Shown piece after piece: positions 20,963 through 30,212 of a stretch of 64,000 bases of DNA (within the stretch, counting starts at the first letter, position 1; each line of letters opens with the position of its first letter). The stretch comes from Bacteroidota bacterium (lineage in GTDB: Bacteria; Bacteroidota; Bacteroidia; Chitinophagales; Chitinophagaceae). The DNA lies in NCBI GenBank assembly GCA_018267725.1, contig JAFDXY010000031.1, positions 23,778 to 87,777 on the forward strand. Reading direction: 5' to 3'. Position numbers and translations under genes: made by a program. Below the pieces are notes generated by a model that worked only from the letters and a program-made list of their open reading frames with translations, made no database searches and was not told where the DNA came from.

Positions 20963-21682
20963 TTAAGCGTTGTAGTTTGTAATATATCTTACCAAACTTC
21001 TTTTAGCAACAGGTAATAAAGTTTCTTCAATAGGAAAACTCATATTGGTTTCTACCGCATATACAGCAGGGTTGGGCATTTCACTTCTGTTTTTTAATAA
21101 TTCGCTTTTTATATTTTGGTAACTATTTACATAATTGTGTTGCCATACATCTATAAACTCTGTTTTAATACTTCTGTATTTGGCATCGTGTTTTTCAAAC
21201 ATACTTAACCTGTATTGATACACCCAAGTGTTTTTAGCTTTGCCTTCGCATAAAAAGAAATAACCTTCCTTATTTTCTAAAGGAATAATGCCAACGGGCT
21301 CAATATTTATTTTGTTTTCTACAAACTCATAAATTTCACTTCCGCTACTAATAGTTTCTTTCATGATAGTTGCAGAATAATTTATAATATCTTCTAATTC
21401 ACACATAAGATCGTCATCTTCAATCATACTTTCATATAAAATTTGTAATTGCTGTAACTGAATGCCTGTAAGCTTTTTAGGAAAATGTTCTTGCAAATAT
21501 TTTTTGTTTTCTTTAAATGCAATAATGTTGTTGTAATGAAAAATTACATCTGCCAATTGCGGATATAATTTGTTTTCGGTAAAATATTTATTTACTTCTT
21601 GCAGGTAGGCGAGGAGCGTGTATTTCTTTAATTCAAAATCTATATAACCATCTGCAAACCATGTTTGTGAAAGTGTTTTCAT
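20963..21682 (-). CDS. Conserved hypothetical protein
   Basis: 239-aa ORF with coding-like composition and no motif I recognise. Confidence 0.55.
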   Translation of the reverse strand: MKTLSQTWFADGYIDFELKKYTLLAYLQEVNKYFTENKLYPQLADVIFHYNNIIAFKENKKYLQEHFPKKLTGIQLQQLQILYESMIEDDDLMCELEDIINYSATIMKETISSGSEIYEFVENKINIEPVGIIPLENKEGYFFLCEGKAKNTWVYQYRLSMFEKHDAKYRSIKTEFIDVWQHNYVNSYQNIKSELLKNRSEMPNPAVYAVETNMSFPIEETLLPVAKRSLVRYITNYNA

Positions 21683-21942
21683 ATTCTGAATTTTAGTTGG
21701 ATGAATTTACTTGATAGATTGGTTTTAACATAGAGTTGTTTATTCACACTATGTTAAAATAATTAATAATGCAATAAAAAACGATGAATGTTTAGTAAGC
21801 AACTAAACTATAACTAAACTAAATGTTTGCACTATAAGTATTGTAATAATTTTAAATCATATACCTTTAAACGCAACAGTTTATTTGATGTTTACTAATT
21901 TCTCAGTTTATTAAAACGAATACATAAAAAATAATACACGCT

Positions 21943-22839
21943 ATGAAATATTTTTTTTTGTTATTAACTGGTATTTCTGTTTTTTCAGTATCAGCTCAAA
22001 GTGTAGATAAAAAATTGGAAGCATCTATTCAAAAAGAAATTTCAAATTTTCATGGAGATATTGGTATTTATGTTCATCATCTTAAAAAAAATAAAGTTGT
22101 TGCCATAAATGCAGATACTGTTTTTCCTACGGCAAGTTTAATTAAAGTGCCTATTCTTACAGGTGTTTTCAAAAAAATACACGATGGAGAATTAAAACTT
22201 TCTCAACCTTTTACTTATAATGCTAAAAGAGCTTACGGAGGCTCGGGTTTAATGCAATTTTATAAAGACAGTGCTATTACCGATTTATCTACAATGATTT
22301 CTTTAATGCTTACTTACAGCGATAATGTGGCTGCTATATGGTTGCAAGAATTAAGTGGCGGCGGAATAGTTATTAATAAGCTAATGGACTCTCTTGGTCT
22401 TGTTAATACAAAAGTTAATTCACGTACAGAAGGCCGACAAGAAATATGGAAAAAATATGGTTGGGGGCAAACTACACCAAAAGAATTAGCAACATTATTT
22501 ACTTTAATTCGTGAAGGAAAAATTATTGATGAACGTTATTCCGATAAAATGTATCGTTATCTAAAAAATCAATTTTATAATGGTCGTTCTTTATCTCAAT
22601 TACCACCCACTGTTAATACTATTTCAAAAACAGGTTCGGTAGATGAAGCTCGCGGAGAAGTGGTTTTAGTAAATGCCCCAAGTGGTGATTTTGTTTTTTG
22701 CATACTCACTAAAAATAATAAAGACAAAAGTTGGACTGATGCTAATGAAGCTGAAACACTTACACGAAAAATTGCTGCTTTAATTTGGAATTATTATGAA
22801 CCCAAACATTCTTTTAAAAATTATATACCAATTAATTAA
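21943..22839 (+). CDS. Class A beta-lactamase-family serine hydrolase (secreted)
   Basis: 298 aa with a signal peptide and the SxxK (ASLIK), SDN (YSDN) and KTG (KTGS) motifs. Confidence 0.8.
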   Translation: MKYFFLLLTGISVFSVSAQSVDKKLEASIQKEISNFHGDIGIYVHHLKKNKVVAINADTVFPTASLIKVPILTGVFKKIHDGELKLSQPFTYNAKRAYGGSGLMQFYKDSAITDLSTMISLMLTYSDNVAAIWLQELSGGGIVINKLMDSLGLVNTKVNSRTEGRQEIWKKYGWGQTTPKELATLFTLIREGKIIDERYSDKMYRYLKNQFYNGRSLSQLPPTVNTISKTGSVDEARGEVVLVNAPSGDFVFCILTKNNKDKSWTDANEAETLTRKIAALIWNYYEPKHSFKNYIPIN

Positions 22840-22916
22840 ATGTATGTAGTGAAAACAGTGAGAAACCCTTCGACCTGCTGTGTTTTGCACACGATTTGCC
22901 TTTTGTTTTTGAAAAT

Positions 22917-25112
22917 TTATTTTGGTTGAAAATCCTTATGCCCGGATTGCCACAATAAAAAGAATACCATTTTTAAAACCGTTCTCCATTTATCAATCAT
23001 TGTTTCAGCATTGGCATCTGCATTATGACCGCCTTCAAAAAAAGTATAGAGCAAAACAGGTTTGCCTGATGTACTGCTTGCTTGCAATGTAGCTGCCATC
23101 TTACCTGACATCCAGATTGGTACCCTCGGGTCATTCATGCCAGCTTGATAATAAACAGCAGGATATTTTGTATCAGGTTTCACATGAATTGTTGCATCCG
23201 CTTCTATCAACCCTTTCATTTCAGATTCTATATCAGGGTTTCCAAATTCAGGATAATTATAAATTAAATTTGCCCAGGCTTTACTTCTTATCAGATTTAC
23301 TGTACCTGATTGAATTGTAGCTGCTGCAAACAGATCGGGCCTTTCGGTAATTGCCCTGCCAATTAGAGTGCCACCGGCACTCCCTCCAAAGCAACTAAGT
23401 TTTGATGATTGTGTGTATTTGTTTTGTATAAGATATTCTGCACAAGCTATAAAGTCTTTCCAGCTATTAGGTTTGGTTTCCTTCATTCCCGCCCTATGCC
23501 ATGCTTCTCCTTTTTCTCCACCACCACGCACATAGGCATGAACCAATACAACACCACGCTGAACCAGAAGGTTATTAGAAATATTGAATTCATTGAAGTA
23601 ATTTTCCTTTCCAATAATTCCATAAGCTCCATAACCCCACAAAATGCAAACATTATTACCATCCAGCTTTGTATTTTTATTTCTCATAATACTCATTGGC
23701 ACAAGTGTGCCATCGTATGATGGTACTTCTATTAGTTCAGTCACAATATCATCACTGCCTTCAATAAAAGTTTGCCCGTGAGAAGCCCAGAAATCATCAT
23801 TGCTTAAAGTATTTTTCTCAACATTGAGTAATAACCCACTTTTAGGTTTGTTTACAGGCTCGTTATAAAATACACACTCATCGGTTTTCGTCCCCATTGT
23901 CCAAATGCTGTACCTGTCATAAGCTTTTATAGCAGATACATTAATTTTTTTTCCGGTTTTTTTGTCAATAAAAATTATTTTGTTGAGAAAACCATATTTG
24001 GAATAATTAACAAGAATGTATGATTTTGTTTCATCTATGTATTCCAATTGCCAAATACTGTCTTCAGGAAAAATAATTTTAGCATTAGCAAAGTCAGGAT
24101 TATTGTATGATGTATAACGAAGACTTTTAAAACCATTACCTTTTGCTGAAATAAAATAATAGCCATCATTGCTTTCTTTAAAATCATACACCGAGTCTGT
24201 TTTCGAATATAGTTTTTTCCATTGTTTGGCCGGGTTTAATAATTCAGTATTGCTAATGTAAAAGGCACTTTTATCAAGCCCAAAACCAGCATTGGGAATA
24301 CAGTACAATCTTTTTGAACTATTATTTGAATAAATATATGCACGATAAGTATTACTAACTTTCTTTTCAATTGTGTTTCTTATTTTGTCATCCATAATAA
24401 TTTTATCGGCAGTAAAACTTGTAAAAAGGGGATGATATTTTGTTACTTCATATTCTGAAGCATTAGAGGCATTGCGGTCGCCTGTATTATATTTGTAAAA
24501 GAAACCTTTGCTATTACTTGTCCAATTAATACTACCAGCCAAACAGTTTGGTATGCTATCTTTCAGCCATTTTTTATTTACAATATCATATGTTTTTACA
24601 AAAGGGTATTCTTCGCCGTTTTTATCAAATGATGCAAAAATATATTTTTCATCCGGAGAAAGACCTATGTCGTACAATTCATATCGCATACCAGAATGAA
24701 TGCTCCAGGTATCAAATATCAAATGCTCGGTTGTGTCATTTATTGCTTTGTAATATAGTTTTTGTGATAGTTGCCCACGCTTCGAAAGCATATAAAAGTA
24801 TCCAGATGCTGTTTTAAAATATGGTTCTCTTTTCCATGTTTTTGCATCTAAAAAATGCTGTATCTGACCAAGAAAACTATCCACTCCACCAAGTTTTTCC
24901 ATTTTTTTATCGGCAAATACTTTTTGTTCTTTTAGCCAGTTTAGTACTGTGCTGTCCTTTAAGTTTTCTAACCAACGGTATGGGTCTTTGTAAGTAACTC
25001 CAAAATAAGTGTCGCTGCTGTCAACTGTTTTGGTAGCTGGATAATTATTTTGAGCTTTAGAAGAAACACAAATCAATAGAAATAGAATGGTTTGTACAAC
25101 GTTTCGTTTCAT
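22917..25112 (-). CDS. Prolyl oligopeptidase (S9) family serine peptidase
   Basis: 731 aa with a signal peptide, a beta-propeller N-domain, the GGSAGG nucleophile elbow and a C-terminal Asp/His region (GMNDPRV, EGGHN). Confidence 0.85.
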   Translation of the reverse strand: MKRNVVQTILFLLICVSSKAQNNYPATKTVDSSDTYFGVTYKDPYRWLENLKDSTVLNWLKEQKVFADKKMEKLGGVDSFLGQIQHFLDAKTWKREPYFKTASGYFYMLSKRGQLSQKLYYKAINDTTEHLIFDTWSIHSGMRYELYDIGLSPDEKYIFASFDKNGEEYPFVKTYDIVNKKWLKDSIPNCLAGSINWTSNSKGFFYKYNTGDRNASNASEYEVTKYHPLFTSFTADKIIMDDKIRNTIEKKVSNTYRAYIYSNNSSKRLYCIPNAGFGLDKSAFYISNTELLNPAKQWKKLYSKTDSVYDFKESNDGYYFISAKGNGFKSLRYTSYNNPDFANAKIIFPEDSIWQLEYIDETKSYILVNYSKYGFLNKIIFIDKKTGKKINVSAIKAYDRYSIWTMGTKTDECVFYNEPVNKPKSGLLLNVEKNTLSNDDFWASHGQTFIEGSDDIVTELIEVPSYDGTLVPMSIMRNKNTKLDGNNVCILWGYGAYGIIGKENYFNEFNISNNLLVQRGVVLVHAYVRGGGEKGEAWHRAGMKETKPNSWKDFIACAEYLIQNKYTQSSKLSCFGGSAGGTLIGRAITERPDLFAAATIQSGTVNLIRSKAWANLIYNYPEFGNPDIESEMKGLIEADATIHVKPDTKYPAVYYQAGMNDPRVPIWMSGKMAATLQASSTSGKPVLLYTFFEGGHNADANAETMIDKWRTVLKMVFFLLWQSGHKDFQPK

Positions 25113-25215
25113 ATTTTTTTAAATTTTAGAGAGTGTTCAAGAGCATGGCAGGTAACGGTTTTAGCAATACCTTGTTGGCTGTAGTGCTTCGCTTCTCTAT
25201 CAATAAAATGACTTA

Positions 25216-25728
25216 TTATTTCTTTTCAGTTGTAAAAGCTGGTGGCGGCGGCGAATTTTTTGACCATGTTCCTTGCCAATTTTTATACTTCCAAACTCCG
25301 CTTTGCTTTACAAAAACTGCTGTGTACAATATTTCAGCAGCGTATTTTTCATTTGAAAAAGCCTGAACTCGTCCATTTATAATAGCAACATTGTCAAATA
25401 CTTTTATTTTTTGGTCGAAAAATTTAAACTTTAAAGATTCAAGCATTTTCAGCCGTGCGGTGTCAGCAAGCGTTTCTTCCATATTGGCAGTTACTCCGTC
25501 TGCGTCAATTGCAAAAAAATCGTCCGCAACATCGGTTTTCATGTAACTGGCAAGATTTGTCAAAGTAACGTTCTCCCACATTCTTTTAAAAGCACTATCA
25601 ACTTGTTGCTTTGAAATTTCTGTGTTATCAATTGCTGTGTTGTTTTTTACCTTCTCTGATTGTGAACAACCCACAAATAATAAGAAAGAAGTCAAAAAAA
25701 ATGTTGTCAGGCAAAAATTTTTTTTCAT
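25216..25728 (-). CDS. NTF2-like (DUF4440/SnoaL-like) lipoprotein
   Basis: 170 aa with a lipobox (LLFVGC). The family call comes from size and pattern only. Confidence 0.5.
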   Translation of the reverse strand: MKKNFCLTTFFLTSFLLFVGCSQSEKVKNNTAIDNTEISKQQVDSAFKRMWENVTLTNLASYMKTDVADDFFAIDADGVTANMEETLADTARLKMLESLKFKFFDQKIKVFDNVAIINGRVQAFSNEKYAAEILYTAVFVKQSGVWKYKNWQGTWSKNSPPPPAFTTEKK

Positions 25729-25821
25729 TTGTGTTTTGTATTTAGTGCCTACTCTATTCGGTTTTCGGCTTACCCCGTTTTAATTGTTAAGAGTTGATTG
25801 CAGTTTTGTCTGTCCGAATTA

Positions 25822-25913
25822 CAGTCAACTCAAAACTATGCAAAATTGTTTATCAGTAAAATGAAAACTTTCACCATTTAATAAAGCTACCAAAATGAAA
25901 AAGCCACCCCTTC
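25822..25913 (+). repeat. Left copy of the ~90-bp imperfect direct repeat bracketing the PIN-TM gene cassette
   Basis: CAGTCAACTCAAAACTATGCAAAATTGTTTATCAGTAAAATGAAAACTTTCACCATTTAATAAAGCTACCAAAATGAAAAAGCCACCCCTTC aligns with 28133-28223 in the same orientation. I counted about 10 substitutions and 2 one-nt indels by hand. Confidence 0.85.
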
Positions 25914-26143
25914 GCTTTGGAATGTGTCTTCACACACCAAGTATAAATTTTATAATTAATTTGATTGATATGTTTCGTGAGACACGAAACAGGGCAGAGT
26001 GGTGTTTTTGTAACACTAACAAATTATTTAATTATATAATGCCTCGTACGGACACAAGACAGGGCGGGGAAGATGCCATGTTGCTGATGTTGAGGTATAA
26101 AGCCCTACCCCAATAATGCCAAACTTAATGTTGGCTGCTGGGC

Positions 26144-28096
26144 TTACTTTTTCAATAACATAAAAATTGCTATTAAAAATGCTACTGTTGTCGAAATCCA
26201 CGCTGTCCTTGTAGACTTTTTATAAATTCCAAAAATTATTGTAATCAACATAAATTGAATTAACGCTTTAATAATTATGATGTTTGGAATAATTGGAATA
26301 GTGATAAATTTTTCAATAGTCCAAACAAAAGAAGAAACTAATGAAAGAACAATGACAACTATGCTATTTTTTAAAATTCTATTTTGTCTGATTAGGTTTT
26401 TGTCAATAGGATTTACAACTTCCACTATTTCCTTTTCAACTTTTTGGGTAGCTAAATTCTTTTCTTCTTTTTTATCTGCTTGTTGCTTTTGAATAACTAA
26501 TTCTAATTTGTCTAATACTTTTACCAATTTATCAGTCATTTCTTTCTCTTCTTGCCTACCTCGTTCTGCATATGATTTAACTTCAGAGATGAAATGACTC
26601 GAATTTGAAGTTGCAATTTTGTTTAAGACTTCTGGGTTTACAATACGTTTCTTTGCAATCATACTTGCAATCATTACTGTATCATCAGCTGAAATATTAC
26701 TTTCACCGTAAGTATTGAAGTTTTCATCAAGCTCTCTTAATACTTTTGGATTAGGAAGTGAATAAGAAATTGTTGATGATACAAGTCTTGTCAAACCAAG
26801 AGAACTAATTTCTGAACTGTTTAAAAATTGTGTTACGTTAGGATTGCTTAACCATAAAAAGTTTAGCAATTCTTCTGCTCTAATTATTTCAGGAAGATTT
26901 TCAGCTGCATTTGGGGTTTTTATATTAAATGGTGTGTTAGTTACAAACCAGCAATTAGCTTTCATAATATCTCCACCTTTTTGTTGAGTGCCACCACGTT
27001 TTTCTCTTACATAAGCTATAGCAGTTGTGTCGTGTAATGCACTAAAATTATAATTGCCACGAATGTTTTGGTAAAACTCTAATACAGACGAATATTGATA
27101 TTTGGCAAGGGTTCTAAATTTTGTATCATTTGCTACTTTGTAAATTTTATATTCTTTCTCTAAAACATCTTCCAAACTATTAGAGATTCGAAATAATTGG
27201 GTTTTAGATAGATTGCGTCTTTTAGAAGCATTATAAATACTTTCTGGGTCTAAATAACCTTGGAAAAATGCTGTTTCAATTTGATTAGCTTTTCTTTCGA
27301 TTAGCATTTGTGTTTCTTCAATGGTGAAAGGTAAAACTGATTTTGAAAAACCAAGCTTGTCGCAAATCTCAATTATTTTCCTACAAGTATGAGTTGACTC
27401 TGATGAGTTTAAATCAAGAATTCCTAGTATGAAATTAGTATCAATAAGTATTTCAATTTTATTATTTGTTTCCCCAATTTCAACTTCTAAATATGCAGCA
27501 ATTAGTGAACCTAAATAAATTCTTCTTAAAGTGTTATAAATTCTTTTATTAATCTTCACAGAGTTAATAAAGTTAGCTTGATGGACAAACTCAACTTCTA
27601 ATTGCTTGTTCTCTTGGTATGCAAAAAAACGAGAGAGATTAATTCTATTTTGATCAATATACTCAAATATTGAAACTTCTTTATTGATTTCAACTCTGAT
27701 TGAATTCAAATATGTATGGTAAAGTCTTTCAATTTCTTGTATTTCACTTTCTTTTTCTTCAAGTTCATTTTCGTAGTCGGCAAATAAAAAATCATTCATT
27801 AAAAAGGAATTGTCCTTGTGTAAAATGAATTGATTCTCTAAATTTTTTTCTACTTCATTTGAAATTTTAAAAAGTAATTTTTTAAGAATTGGAATTGGGA
27901 TGTCTAATGCAAAAGTGTTATCAATTTGGTTCTTAATTTCAATGATAGTTTGTCCACTCTTTACCCCATTTTGATTAAGTCTGCAAAGTGAAGATTTTAC
28001 AATTGGTATAAAAATGTCGTCAAAATTTTTAATGCCAATATTATTGTCATTAATATGAGCTAATAAACTAAATGCAGCTACTTTTTTATTATTCAT
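26144..28096 (-). CDS. Uncharacterised 650-aa protein: unknown N-domain + PIN-like nuclease signature + coiled coil + three C-terminal TM helices
   Basis: Candidate PIN-like acidic residues are KIEILIDTNFILG (D219), FTIEET (E260/261), ALHDTTAIA (D356) and CWFVTNT. A charged helical stretch spans aa ~505-565. Hydrophobic helices lie at aa ~575-595, 598-625 and 632-648. The gene looks AT-richer than its neighbours in spot counts. Confidence 0.6.
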   Translation of the reverse strand: MNNKKVAAFSLLAHINDNNIGIKNFDDIFIPIVKSSLCRLNQNGVKSGQTIIEIKNQIDNTFALDIPIPILKKLLFKISNEVEKNLENQFILHKDNSFLMNDFLFADYENELEEKESEIQEIERLYHTYLNSIRVEINKEVSIFEYIDQNRINLSRFFAYQENKQLEVEFVHQANFINSVKINKRIYNTLRRIYLGSLIAAYLEVEIGETNNKIEILIDTNFILGILDLNSSESTHTCRKIIEICDKLGFSKSVLPFTIEETQMLIERKANQIETAFFQGYLDPESIYNASKRRNLSKTQLFRISNSLEDVLEKEYKIYKVANDTKFRTLAKYQYSSVLEFYQNIRGNYNFSALHDTTAIAYVREKRGGTQQKGGDIMKANCWFVTNTPFNIKTPNAAENLPEIIRAEELLNFLWLSNPNVTQFLNSSEISSLGLTRLVSSTISYSLPNPKVLRELDENFNTYGESNISADDTVMIASMIAKKRIVNPEVLNKIATSNSSHFISEVKSYAERGRQEEKEMTDKLVKVLDKLELVIQKQQADKKEEKNLATQKVEKEIVEVVNPIDKNLIRQNRILKNSIVVIVLSLVSSFVWTIEKFITIPIIPNIIIIKALIQFMLITIIFGIYKKSTRTAWISTTVAFLIAIFMLLKK

Positions 28097-28132
28097 TAAT
28101 CTTTTTAAAAATTGTGGGTTCTCATAGCCTTG

Positions 28133-28223
28133 CAGCTAACTCAAAAATATGCGAAATTATTTATCAGTAAAATGAAAGCTTTCACCATTTAATAAAACTG
28201 CCAAAATTAAAAGCCACCCTTCC
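28133..28223 (+). repeat. Right copy of the ~90-bp imperfect direct repeat
   Basis: See 25822-25913. This copy contains the terminator hairpin of the E2 gene. Confidence 0.85.
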
Positions 28224-28233
28224 AGAGTGGCTT
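28203..28233 (-). terminator. Rho-independent terminator of the E2 acyltransferase gene
   Basis: On the minus strand, AAGCCAC / GTGGCTT form a 7-bp stem with a 9-nt loop (28211-28233), followed by TTAATTTT. Confidence 0.55.
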
Positions 28234-28259
28234 TAGCTATTTTTATATATTACAAAATA

Positions 28260-29999
28260 TTAATCTACATATTGTTCTTGTACAACCAATTTTAATTCTC
28301 TGTTTACATTCCAGTTTTCAAATTCTTTGGCAACTTCTGTTAAAAAACTTGCACCAACACTGCCATCAATAATTCTATGGTCGTAGCTTAAAGATAAATA
28401 CATCATGTGGCGTATGCCAATAAAATCTCCTTTCTCTGTTTCTAAAACAACAGGGCGTTTTTTTATGGCACCAACGGCTAATATGGCAACTTGTGGTTGA
28501 TTAATGATTGGTGTGCCCATTAAACTTCCAAATGAGCCAACATTGGTTAATGTAAAGGTACCGCCTTGTGTGTCATCTGGTTTTAATTTTCCGTTGCGTG
28601 CATTGGCTGCCAAAGCATTTACAGATTTTGCCAAATTAACTAAACCCATTTGCTCTGCATTTTTAATTACAGGAACAATAAGATTATTATTAGGCAAAGC
28701 TGTTGCCATTCCTATATTAAAATAATTTTTTATAAGAATTTTATCTCCTTCAACAGAACTGTTAATAATAGGAAAACGTTTCATAACTTTTATTAAACAC
28801 TCAATAAACATTGGTGTAAAAGTTATTTTAGTTCCCGTACGTTTTTCAAAATCTTCTTTCTTTTTTTCACGCCATAAAACCATATTGGTTACATCGGCTT
28901 CTGCAAAACTTGTTACATGGGCACTGGTTTGTTTGCTGTTTACCATGTGCTGTGCAATTAGTTTACGCATTCTATCCATCTCAATAATTTCAACACTTGG
29001 TTTAGGTGCTTCTATAATTGGTGGAGCAACATAAACAGGCTCTGGTTGTGGCTGCGGTTGAACTACAATGGGTTCAGGTACAGGAGCTATATAAACAGGT
29101 TGTGGTTGTTGAAACTCAACTTGTATTGGTTGTTGCTGTTGCTGAATAGGTTGCGGTTGTGGTGCAACTGTTTGTGTTTGAATTTGTGGAACAACATAAA
29201 CAGGTTCAGGCTGCGGTTGAACAGCAATTGGTTCTGGTATTGAAACAATAACAGGCTCTTGCTGAACAGGTGCTGCTTGTGCAATAATTGTTGGCGGTGG
29301 AGGCTCAGGAGCAATAACTTGTTCTTGATGTGTAAAAGTTTCTATAACCGGAACTGCGGGTGGTATTGGTTGTGCTGCAACAGGTTGTTGATAAACAGGT
29401 TGCGGTGCAACAAATGCAGCTACTTTTCCTGCTTTTTTATCGGCTATATATTGTAGAATATCTCTTTTAGAAACTCTTCCATCTGCTCCGGTTCCCGGAA
29501 TTCTTTCTAACTCACTTAAACTTAAACCTTCACTATTGGCAATATTTAAAACCAATGGAGAAAAGAATTTATTATTTCCTCCTACTGAAGTATTTGCTGA
29601 AGGAACATAAGTTGGTTGTGGTGTAAAAGGTACTTGTTCGGGTTGTGGTGCAACAACAGGTTGCTGTATAGGTTGTACGGGTGGCGGATTATAAACGGGC
29701 TGTTGTGGTGTAGCAGGTTGAACGGGTGGTGGCGGTGTTGTAGGAACAAAGGTTGCACTTACGGCTTCAATTTTTGCTATTACTGCACCAACGGGTACTA
29801 CATCATTTTCTTTAAATAAAATTTCTGTAATAACACCATTAGCGGTAGAGGGTACTTCGCTATCAACCTTGTCTGTAGCAATGTCTAAAACAGTTTCATC
29901 AAGCTTAACGGTATCGCCAACTTTTTTATGCCAACGCAGTACTGTGGCTTCCATTATGCTTTCGCCCATTTTAGGCATCACCAAATCTACTATTGCCAT
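28260..29999 (-). CDS. 2-oxoacid dehydrogenase complex dihydrolipoamide acyltransferase (E2) with very long Pro/Gln-rich linkers
   Basis: 579 aa with a lipoyl domain (DIATDKVDSEVPS), a subunit-binding domain (SPLVLNIANSEGLSLSELERIPGTGADGRVSKRDI) and a catalytic domain (SYDHRIIDG). Confidence 0.93.
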   Translation of the reverse strand: MAIVDLVMPKMGESIMEATVLRWHKKVGDTVKLDETVLDIATDKVDSEVPSTANGVITEILFKENDVVPVGAVIAKIEAVSATFVPTTPPPPVQPATPQQPVYNPPPVQPIQQPVVAPQPEQVPFTPQPTYVPSANTSVGGNNKFFSPLVLNIANSEGLSLSELERIPGTGADGRVSKRDILQYIADKKAGKVAAFVAPQPVYQQPVAAQPIPPAVPVIETFTHQEQVIAPEPPPPTIIAQAAPVQQEPVIVSIPEPIAVQPQPEPVYVVPQIQTQTVAPQPQPIQQQQQPIQVEFQQPQPVYIAPVPEPIVVQPQPQPEPVYVAPPIIEAPKPSVEIIEMDRMRKLIAQHMVNSKQTSAHVTSFAEADVTNMVLWREKKKEDFEKRTGTKITFTPMFIECLIKVMKRFPIINSSVEGDKILIKNYFNIGMATALPNNNLIVPVIKNAEQMGLVNLAKSVNALAANARNGKLKPDDTQGGTFTLTNVGSFGSLMGTPIINQPQVAILAVGAIKKRPVVLETEKGDFIGIRHMMYLSLSYDHRIIDGSVGASFLTEVAKEFENWNVNRELKLVVQEQYVD

Positions 30000-30212
30000 A
30001 CTTTAGTTTACTTAATTTATTAGGTAAATTTCCTTGCTAACCTTATCCAATTTATTTGCTATTTTTTGGTACACAATAAAAGCGAGTTAGTTTTAAAAAG
30101 TTATTTTCAATATTTAAAACTTGCTCAAAAAAATCTTTAAAAAATAATATTATTGCGTAGCAAGTATCAACAAACAATTACTCAAAAATAATTTTTAGAT
30201 GTTAAAAGTTAT

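Noticed and set aside
21943-22839. Class A beta-lactamase-like gene as an acquired resistance determinant
   Set aside because: There is no mobile-element context. Many environmental Bacteroidota carry chromosomal class A-like serine hydrolases, and activity cannot be inferred from the motifs alone.
25895-26116. 73-aa plus-strand ORF inside the cassette tail (MKKPPLRFGMCLHT...)
   Set aside because: Its composition is driven by the GC-rich hairpins and repeats. The apparent peptide repeats (RETRNRA / RTDTRQG) simply mirror the DNA repeat, and there is no start context. I treat the region as non-coding.
29046-29819. Multiple 65-75-aa ORFs on both strands inside the E2 gene
   Set aside because: They are low-complexity artefacts of the CAA/CCA-rich linker repeats (L/W/R/N-rich nonsense translations) and lie fully inside a well-supported gene.
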